Source: Candidatus Omnitrophota bacterium | GTDB lineage: Bacteria > Omnitrophota > Gorgyraeia > Gygaellales > Profunditerraquicolaceae | Direction of reading: 5' to 3' | Length of the DNA stretch: 60,611 nt | Assembly (NCBI GenBank): GCA_026387355.1 | Contig: JAPLLW010000012.1 | Span: 1 to 60,611, forward strand | Shown: in pieces, positions 54,317 through 60,611 of the stretch | Layout: each line of letters begins with the position of its first letter | How positions within the stretch are numbered: the first letter of the stretch is position 1 | Made by a program: the position numbers and the translations under genes | Notes under the pieces: generated by a model | Seen by the model: only the letters and a program-made list of their open reading frames with translations | What the model was told of the DNA's origin: nothing | The model's database searches: none

Positions 54317-55357
54317 ATGTTGCGATCTTTAACTGCTGGTGAATCACATGGGAGAGCGATTATTTCTATACTAGAAGGCATGCCGGCAGGCCTTAAAATA
54401 GATATCACTAAGATTAATGCGGAACTAAAGCGCAGACAGCAGGGCTTTGGCCGCGGCAAGCGCATGCAGATTGAAAATGACCATGCTCAGGTTTTATCAG
54501 GAATAAAAAATAATACTACTTTAGGTAGTCCAGTCACCCTGCTTATACAGAATAAAGATTGCAGTATTGATAAGCTGCATAAGGTTAGTTGTCCGCGGCC
54601 AGGGCATGCTGATTTGGCGGGATTGCTTAAATATGGATTCAGCGATTGTCGCGCTGTGCTTGAGCGGGCTTCAGCCAGAAGCACGGCGGCAACTGTTGGA
54701 TTGGGCGCTTTATGCAAGATTCTGCTTAGAGAATTTAAGATAAGTGTTAGTAGTAAAGTTTTGTCCGTGGGGGGAGAAAATAGCAGCCAGGGGATGAAGG
54801 ATAAAATCTGCGAAGCGATTAAGAATAAGGATACGATTGGCGGAATATTTGAAGTTGTTGCCAAAGGCCTTCCAGTGGGATTAGGTAGCTATGTTCAGTC
54901 TGATAGGCGCCTTGACGCCAGGCTCGCCCAGGCGATAATCTCTATCCCCGGGGTTAAGGCTATCGAAATCGGATTAGGCCTAGGATACGCAGTCAGTTTC
55001 GGATCTGAGGTGCATGACGCAATCCACTTTTCAAAATCAAAGGGATATTTTCGTAACACAAATAACGCCGGAGGTATTGAAGGCGGGATCTCTAACGGCG
55101 AAGATATAATTTTACGCGCTTGCATGAAACCAATAGCTACTTTAATGAATCCTCTTGAGTCAGTAAATATCTCGACTAAGAAGATCTCTAAAGCAGCGGT
55201 TGAGCGATCGGATACCTGCGTTGTCAGCGCTGCCGGGGTAGTGGCTGAGTCTGCCTGCGCTTTTGTGCTGGCGGATTGTTTGCTTGAGAAATTCGGCCAG
55301 GATAATATCCAGGATATAAAGAATGCGTACAAAAATTATCTGGATAGAATAGCCTAA
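54317..55357 (+). CDS. aroC: Chorismate synthase
   Basis: TAGESHG, GRGKRM, RPGHAD, ERASARSTA and GGISNG motifs. Confidence 0.95.
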   Translation: MLRSLTAGESHGRAIISILEGMPAGLKIDITKINAELKRRQQGFGRGKRMQIENDHAQVLSGIKNNTTLGSPVTLLIQNKDCSIDKLHKVSCPRPGHADLAGLLKYGFSDCRAVLERASARSTAATVGLGALCKILLREFKISVSSKVLSVGGENSSQGMKDKICEAIKNKDTIGGIFEVVAKGLPVGLGSYVQSDRRLDARLAQAIISIPGVKAIEIGLGLGYAVSFGSEVHDAIHFSKSKGYFRNTNNAGGIEGGISNGEDIILRACMKPIATLMNPLESVNISTKKISKAAVERSDTCVVSAAGVVAESACAFVLADCLLEKFGQDNIQDIKNAYKNYLDRIA

Positions 55358-55366
55358 CTCTAAAAT

Positions 55367-55654
55367 ATGGTTTTTTTAGATTATTTCAATATAACTTTTG
55401 AGCGGTCTAGGGAATCTAGGGATCTGGTTGTTAGGGGTGAAGTGAAAAACCACTCCGGGACAAGTTTTAGCGCTGTAGCTATACGTATAATCTTGTTTGT
55501 CAAGAATATAGCCATCGCAAATACTGTTTTGGTGGTAAACAACCTACCTGCCGGAGCAACCAAAGTTTTTGAGAAGCGCGTAGAAGAATTAGATTACGAT
55601 CAGGTGTATAAAGATATAACCCGTTACGAAGTCTGTACCGAAAGCGTTTATTAA
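55367..55654 (+). CDS. Hypothetical protein
   Basis: 95-aa ORF. No family recognised. Confidence 0.35.
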   Translation: MVFLDYFNITFERSRESRDLVVRGEVKNHSGTSFSAVAIRIILFVKNIAIANTVLVVNNLPAGATKVFEKRVEELDYDQVYKDITRYEVCTESVY

Positions 55655-55712
55655 ATTAAAGATTATTATGTTAGAAAAGTCACCCTCTAACGTCTATTAA
55701 AGGTAGAAGGGG

Positions 55713-55976
55713 GTGATGATAATGGCTGATAGCGTTATTCAGGTAAGCCGGATTTTCCGCGTTGACGGTAAATCAAAGCTTAAGGCGTTTGCGGATGTTT
55801 CCTTCGCCGGGATTATAGTTAAGGGTTTTAGTGTTGTTGACGGCAGCAAGGGTTTGTTTGTAAGTATGCCGCGGCACCAGGGTAAAGACGGTAAGTGGTA
55901 TAACACGGTTTATCCGACTACCAAAGAACTAAAAGAGCAGCTTAGCGAGGCAGTTTTAGCTGTTTATCAGGAGTAA
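55713..55976 (+). CDS. spoVG: SpoVG family protein
   Basis: KLKAFADVSFAGIIVKGFSVVDGSKGLFVSMP. The start may be an internal ATG a few codons downstream. Confidence 0.85.
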   Translation: MMIMADSVIQVSRIFRVDGKSKLKAFADVSFAGIIVKGFSVVDGSKGLFVSMPRHQGKDGKWYNTVYPTTKELKEQLSEAVLAVYQE

Positions 55977-55990
55977 GAGGGATAGGTAAA

Positions 55991-56031
55991 GGTATAGGTA
56001 GAGGTATAAAAATTACCATCTCTACCTATAC
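55991..56031 (+). terminator. Hairpin after spoVG (possible terminator, no T-run)
   Basis: GGTATAGGTAGAG (55991-56003) pairs with CTCTACCTATAC (56020-56031). Confidence 0.35.
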
Positions 56032-56053
56032 TTGTGCCTCTATCTAGTTCAAT

Positions 56054-56575
56054 ATGAATATTTATCTTGTAGGGTTCATGGGTACTGGTAAAACTTCTGT
56101 TGGCAAAGAATTAGCAAAGAAGAAGAAGTGGCATTTTATTGATTTAGATGAGCTTATTGAATTAAGGGAAGGTAGAACAATAGCGGATGTTTTTGCTAAA
56201 GAAGGAGAGCCGTATTTTAGGCGTCGCGAAAAACAGGCCTTAAAAGAGGTTGCCAAGGAGAAGAAATTTGTGGTTGCCTGCGGAGGTGGTATTGTTGTTA
56301 ATCAGGATAATATCAAGATTATGAAGGAGACAGGGCAGATTATCTGCCTAGGCGCAAAGCCCGCTGTAATATTGAAGAGGACGATTACTTCTACGCATCG
56401 TCCGTTACTTAATGTAAAAAACCCCAAAGAAAAGATCGAGCTGCTTTTAAAATTACGTTCTCCTTATTATGCCCTTGCACATAAGACTATTGATACTTCA
56501 AAGCTTTCCGTAAAAGAGGTAGCAGCGAAGATTTTAAAGATCGCTACTATTAAGAAAAGAATGGCAAAAAGATGA
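56054..56575 (+). CDS. aroK: Shikimate kinase
   Basis: IYLVGFMGTGKTSVGK (Walker A), FIDLD, RRRE and VVACGGG motifs. Confidence 0.9.
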   Translation: MNIYLVGFMGTGKTSVGKELAKKKKWHFIDLDELIELREGRTIADVFAKEGEPYFRRREKQALKEVAKEKKFVVACGGGIVVNQDNIKIMKETGQIICLGAKPAVILKRTITSTHRPLLNVKNPKEKIELLLKLRSPYYALAHKTIDTSKLSVKEVAAKILKIATIKKRMAKR

Positions 56576-57648
56576 GATTACTGAAAATAACTGTTTTGGC
56601 GATATTCTTTTCATCAATTTTTGTTTCTGCCTTTGCCGAAGAAGATATTTCTTGGCAACTAGAAGAGTATCTCGAGGGTTACTCAGAGGCTTATTTTAGT
56701 GCGCATTATCAAAAGGCGATAGACTTAGGCGAAGATGCTTTGTATGTTTTAGAAAATAAATTCGGAAAAGTTAATCCGAATGTTGCGGCAATGTGCTCTA
56801 ATTTGGGGACACTCTATAAATTTCAAGGTAAATTATCTGAATCTGAGAATTATTACAAAAAGGCGCTGGAGATTTACGAAAAGACGCTGGGTTTAGATAA
56901 TTCTTATTGTGCAAAACTTTGGAATGCTTTAGGAGAGAATTATCAGGCCAGGCGCAAATACAATGAAGCTGAAAAGAGTTATAAGAATGCGCAAAATGTT
57001 TGGGATAAGAATTTCGGTAAGGATAATTACAATACAGTTCTAGTATCTAGCCATATGGGTTCTTTATATAAAGACCAGCGTAAGTATAAAGAAGCGGAAA
57101 CTATTTTAAAGAATTCTCTTCAAGTGATGGCTAAGGGCTATGGCCAATCTAACCCCATATTAATCCGTCCGCTAACTGATTTAGGTAAATTATATGAGGT
57201 GCAGGGTAAACTTATGGAAGCTGAGCAGTATTATAGGTATACCTGGGCTTTATTTAAAGGAAACTTTATGCTTGAAGACCCAAGTGTGCAAAAAGCTTAT
57301 TACCGGATGAAGCAGGAGATGGAGAGGCAGTGGAATCAGCGCAGCGAACCCATATATAAAAGGCTAATGGATTTAAACGATCTTTATATCGGCCCCTGGC
57401 ATCCGAATGCACCGGATATTCTTAATAATCTTCCCATGCTTTATTTAGAAGAGGAGAGATATGCTGAGGCAGAGAATATTTATGAAGATTCTCTTGAGAT
57501 AATGTTGAGTAATCTTGGGCCAAACCACCTTAATGTGGTTAAAGTCTTAAAGAATATGGCAAAGTTTTATCGCAAGATGGGCAAGCTAGACAAGGCTAAA
57601 GAGCTAGATGCGAAGGCAGAGGCAATCCGCAAGGAAATTCGTTATTAA
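56572..57648 (+). CDS. Secreted TPR-repeat protein (TPR_12/kinesin-light-chain-like repeats)
   Basis: Signal peptide ends in AFAEE. Repeated units of the form ...LG.LY..QGK..EAE.YYK.AL.I.EK..G. Confidence 0.75.
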   Translation: MRLLKITVLAIFFSSIFVSAFAEEDISWQLEEYLEGYSEAYFSAHYQKAIDLGEDALYVLENKFGKVNPNVAAMCSNLGTLYKFQGKLSESENYYKKALEIYEKTLGLDNSYCAKLWNALGENYQARRKYNEAEKSYKNAQNVWDKNFGKDNYNTVLVSSHMGSLYKDQRKYKEAETILKNSLQVMAKGYGQSNPILIRPLTDLGKLYEVQGKLMEAEQYYRYTWALFKGNFMLEDPSVQKAYYRMKQEMERQWNQRSEPIYKRLMDLNDLYIGPWHPNAPDILNNLPMLYLEEERYAEAENIYEDSLEIMLSNLGPNHLNVVKVLKNMAKFYRKMGKLDKAKELDAKAEAIRKEIRY

Positions 57649-57733
57649 AGTAGGCGTGTAATCTAAATTTGATTTTTGTAAGAAAATTTAGCCCCTCCGT
57701 AAAAGATATGGAAAATAATATCCCCAGAAATAA

Positions 57734-58825
57734 ATGACGAAAAAAGAAGCCTTAATCAGCCTGAATATGGTTCTGGATATCGGGAGCATCCGGCTTAAGA
57801 GTCTGCTCGATGAATTTATACAGCCCCAAGAGATTCTTAAGGCATCTGCGGATAAATTAATGCGGGTCTCTGGGATCGGAGAGAAGATTGCGCATAAAAT
57901 TTCATCGCTAAAAGCACAGGATTTAGAGGATGAGCTTAAGCTTGCTAAAAGGCTTGAACTCAATATTTTAACTTACGAAGATATAGATTATCCTGAGAAC
58001 CTGAAAAATATTTATGATCCGCCCATAGTCCTCTATGTAAAAGGTAGGTTAAGAAGCGAAGATGTAAATAGCTTTGCTATCGTGGGAAGCAGAAGAGCCT
58101 CAATTTACGGTTTATCAAGCGCAGAGAAATTCGCCTCTCAATTAGCTGAAAAAGGGCTAACTGTTGTTTCCGGGATGGCGCGCGGTATTGATACTTTTGC
58201 CCACCAGGGGGCAATAAGGGCAGGGGGGCGTACTATCGCGGTGATGGGGGCAGGTTTTAATCATATTTATCCTCCTGAAAATAAAAAGCTGTGCGCAGAG
58301 ATCACAGAATCAGGAGCGGTTATTTCAGAATTGCCTATCAATACCCCGCCTCTTCCTCAGAATTTTCCCCGGCGTAACCGAGTAATTAGCGGCCTGGCTT
58401 TAGGTGTATTGGTGGTTGAGGCAGCAAGGAATAGCGGTGCGCTTATCACTGTTGATTTTGCCCTGCAGCAGGGACGCGAGGTCTTCGCTATCCCAGGTAA
58501 GATTGATTCAGATAGTTCTTCCGGGACCAATAAATTGATTCAGCAGGGCGCAAAGTTAGTGACAAGTGTTGAAGATGTCCTGGAAGAGTTTGTAGAAATG
58601 CCTTCTTTAGAAAAAAAAGAACCGACCTTGAAGAAATGCAATTTAGCCGATGAAAACGATGGTACTTTGTATGATTTAATAAAGAGTCAGGTTATCTCTT
58701 TGGATGAGTTGGTTGAGAAATCAAAGATGGATATATCCTGTGTTTCTGGTATACTTTTAAGATTACAGATAAAAAAGTTAATTAAACAACTTCCGGGTAA
58801 GTATTTTGTAAGGACTGGGGTATAG
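57734..58825 (+). CDS. dprA: DNA processing protein DprA/Smf
   Basis: IVGSRRAS.YG, SGMARGIDTFAHQGA, VLGAG-like and SGALITVDFALQQGREVFAIPG motifs. Confidence 0.9.
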   Translation: MTKKEALISLNMVLDIGSIRLKSLLDEFIQPQEILKASADKLMRVSGIGEKIAHKISSLKAQDLEDELKLAKRLELNILTYEDIDYPENLKNIYDPPIVLYVKGRLRSEDVNSFAIVGSRRASIYGLSSAEKFASQLAEKGLTVVSGMARGIDTFAHQGAIRAGGRTIAVMGAGFNHIYPPENKKLCAEITESGAVISELPINTPPLPQNFPRRNRVISGLALGVLVVEAARNSGALITVDFALQQGREVFAIPGKIDSDSSSGTNKLIQQGAKLVTSVEDVLEEFVEMPSLEKKEPTLKKCNLADENDGTLYDLIKSQVISLDELVEKSKMDISCVSGILLRLQIKKLIKQLPGKYFVRTGV

Positions 58826-58843
58826 TAAGAAAGGAAGGGTTGG

Positions 58844-60611
58844 GTGAAGAAAAAGAGTTTAGTAATCGTAGAATCTCCCACTAAGGCTAAGACCATAGGT
58901 AAAATCCTGGGGGATAGCTTTAATGTTGTTTCTTGTATGGGGCATGTTATTGACCTGCCGCAGAAAAAGCTAGGCGTTGATGTAGAGAATGGGTTTACGC
59001 CTGAATATGTAACTTTAACCGGTAGACAGAAGGTTTTGACTGAGCTTAAAAAAGAAGCCAAAAATAAAGAAGCCGTATATGTAGCTACCGATCCTGACCG
59101 CGAAGGTGAGGCTATAGGTTGGCAGATTAAAGAGCGTATTTTAAAGAAGGCAAATGTCTTTCGGGTTGTTTTTCATGAAATTACTCCGGCTGCGGTGAGC
59201 GAGGCATTTAAACATCCGCGTGATTTTAATACAAATATGATTGAGGCGCAGGTTGGCCGCAGGGTGTTGGACAGAATTGTGGGATATTTTTTAAGTCCTT
59301 TACTTTGGAAAAAAATTGCCCGTGGGTTAAGTGCCGGGCGTGTGCAGTCGGTAGCTCTTAGATTAATTATCGAAAGAGAGCGGGAGATTCTAAAATTTAT
59401 TCCGTTTGAATATTGGGAGGTAGAGGCCCAGCTTGCAAAAGATGATAATAAGTTCTTAGCGAAGTTAGATAAGGTGGAGGGTAAGAAAGCTGAGCTAAAA
59501 AATAAAACTGACTCGGAAAAGATATGTGATGAACTAAAGGGTGAGAAATTTATTGTTTCTGATGTTAAGAAGTCGGAAAAGAGACGTAATCCTGACCCGC
59601 CATTTATTACCAGCACCATGCAGCAGGAAGCGTTTAATAAGCTTAGGTTTAATGCCAATAAAACTATGTCTGTAGCCCAGCAATTATACGAGGGTATTGA
59701 TATAGGGCAGGATAATCCAGTTGGCCTGATAACTTATATGCGTACGGATTCTCCGCGCGTAGCCCCTGAGGCGATTAAAGAGGTACGCGAATATATCGCT
59801 ATGAGCTTTGGCAAGAACTATCTACCTGAGCAGCCCAACGTATATAAAGTTAAGAAACTTGCCCAAGAGGCGCATGAGGCAATCCGTCCTACATTTGTTA
59901 TGCGTCATCCTGATGGCCTTAAGAATTTCCTTACTCCCGACCAGAATAAATTATACGAAATTATTTATAACCGTTTTGTCTCAAGCCAGATGAAACCGGC
60001 TGTCTATGCATTAACTAATGTAAGTATAGAAGCAGGGATTTGTCAATTCAGTGCCTCAGGCAGCACACTTGTTTTTGATGGTTTTACCGCAGCTTACAAT
60101 AAAGAGAATGAAGATGATAATGGTGATGATTCTGCCGAGAAGCCTAAGAAAAATATTATTCCTGTTTTAACCAAGGCAGATATCTTAAAGTTATTAAATC
60201 TTACGCCCTCGCAACATTTCACTAAGCCGCCGGGAAGATTTTCGGATAGTTCTTTGATTAAGGCATTGGAAGAAGACGGGATTGGCCGGCCTTCAACTTA
60301 TGCCCCGATAATTTATACTTTGATCTTGCGTGACTATGTGCGCCGGATTAAGGGGTATCTTAATCCCACAGAACTAGGTTTTAAAGTTTGCGATTTGCTG
60401 GTTGAATTCTTCCCTAAGATTATTGATGTGGGTTTTACCGCGCTAATGGAAGAAGAACTTGATGAAGTTGAGGAGGGGAGATTAAAGCGCAATAAAGTTT
60501 TAGAAGATTTCTATGCGCCCTTTAAAGTAAGCCTTGATTATGCGCAGGCAAATATCAAAAAAGAGGTTATCACTACTGATCAGATCTGCGATAAATGCGG
60601 TAAGCCTTTGA
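58844..60611 (+). CDS. topA: DNA topoisomerase I, 3'-truncated by the window edge
   Basis: GTG at 58844 follows AAGGAAGGG. VKKKSLVIVESPTKAKTIGK (TOPRIM), DPDREGEAIGW, GLITYMRTDS, and the beginning of the Zn-finger CDKCGKPL at the edge. Not in the ORF track because it is open-ended. Confidence 0.95.
   Translation, partial: MKKKSLVIVESPTKAKTIGKILGDSFNVVSCMGHVIDLPQKKLGVDVENGFTPEYVTLTGRQKVLTELKKEAKNKEAVYVATDPDREGEAIGWQIKERILKKANVFRVVFHEITPAAVSEAFKHPRDFNTNMIEAQVGRRVLDRIVGYFLSPLLWKKIARGLSAGRVQSVALRLIIEREREILKFIPFEYWEVEAQLAKDDNKFLAKLDKVEGKKAELKNKTDSEKICDELKGEKFIVSDVKKSEKRRNPDPPFITSTMQQEAFNKLRFNANKTMSVAQQLYEGIDIGQDNPVGLITYMRTDSPRVAPEAIKEVREYIAMSFGKNYLPEQPNVYKVKKLAQEAHEAIRPTFVMRHPDGLKNFLTPDQNKLYEIIYNRFVSSQMKPAVYALTNVSIEAGICQFSASGSTLVFDGFTAAYNKENEDDNGDDSAEKPKKNIIPVLTKADILKLLNLTPSQHFTKPPGRFSDSSLIKALEEDGIGRPSTYAPIIYTLILRDYVRRIKGYLNPTELGFKVCDLLVEFFPKIIDVGFTALMEEELDEVEEGRLKRNKVLEDFYAPFKVSLDYAQANIKKEVITTDQICDKCGKPL

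Noticed and set aside
54487-55332. Minus-strand ORFs 54487..54864 and 54895..55332, plus the many other 60-125-aa antisense ORFs in the track
   Set aside because: They are antisense to genes with strong family motifs (aroC, purL, purD, glyA, cca, the AsmA-like gene and others) and are treated as shadow ORFs.
55981-56010. GGTA-period microsatellite-like string after spoVG
   Set aside because: It is only four short imperfect units and is part of the hairpin stem, so it is not treated as a separate repeat feature.
59173-59993. ORFs 59173..59658 (-) and 59808..59993 (+)
   Set aside because: Both lie inside the topA reading frame (58844 onward), which carries clear topoisomerase I motifs.

Overview
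60.6-kb AT-rich bacterial chromosomal window. All but one confident gene (51023-52903) is on the + strand. I found no rRNA, tRNA, CRISPR array, transposase or integrase. The left third (about 300-21,000) looks accessory. It starts with small cassette-like genes separated by a repeated intergenic element: two copies share a 107-nt core with one mismatch, and two further copies keep only the element's 5' head. Next is an arsenite/organoarsenical resistance operon: DUF134 regulator, an unlisted 50-aa Cys-rich micro-ORF, ArsP-like permease, ArsF/ArsG/ArsE-like genes and Acr3. It is followed by a seven-gene operon joining a repeat-containing lipoprotein, a MacB/FtsX-type ABC exporter, two squalene/phytoene-synthase-like paralogs and two radical SAM/SPASM enzymes. 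This operon is my best candidate for an undescribed system, possibly isoprenoid or lipid modification plus export. After it come secreted low-complexity proteins, orphan CheY-type receivers, an unlisted desulforedoxin micro-ORF, a rubrerythrin-like protein, an Flp-like pilin and a PilZ protein. The right part (26.9-60.6 kb) is housekeeping: purB-purSL-LOG-purQ-purF'-purF-purM, purD-purE, a TsaC/PTP fusion-rpiB-glyA-dCMP deaminase-nrdR, cca, an AsmA-like gene, nth, a macro-NUDIX fusion, a Ski2-like helicase, aroC, spoVG, aroK, dprA and 3'-truncated topA. Six GC-rich long hairpin repeats with conserved ends (AGCGGGTG...CAGGACCCGCT) lie in or beside housekeeping intergenic regions, and one forms the 3' end of purF. 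Desulforedoxin and rubrerythrin suggest an anaerobe. All calls rest on motif reading by eye; no database search was run.
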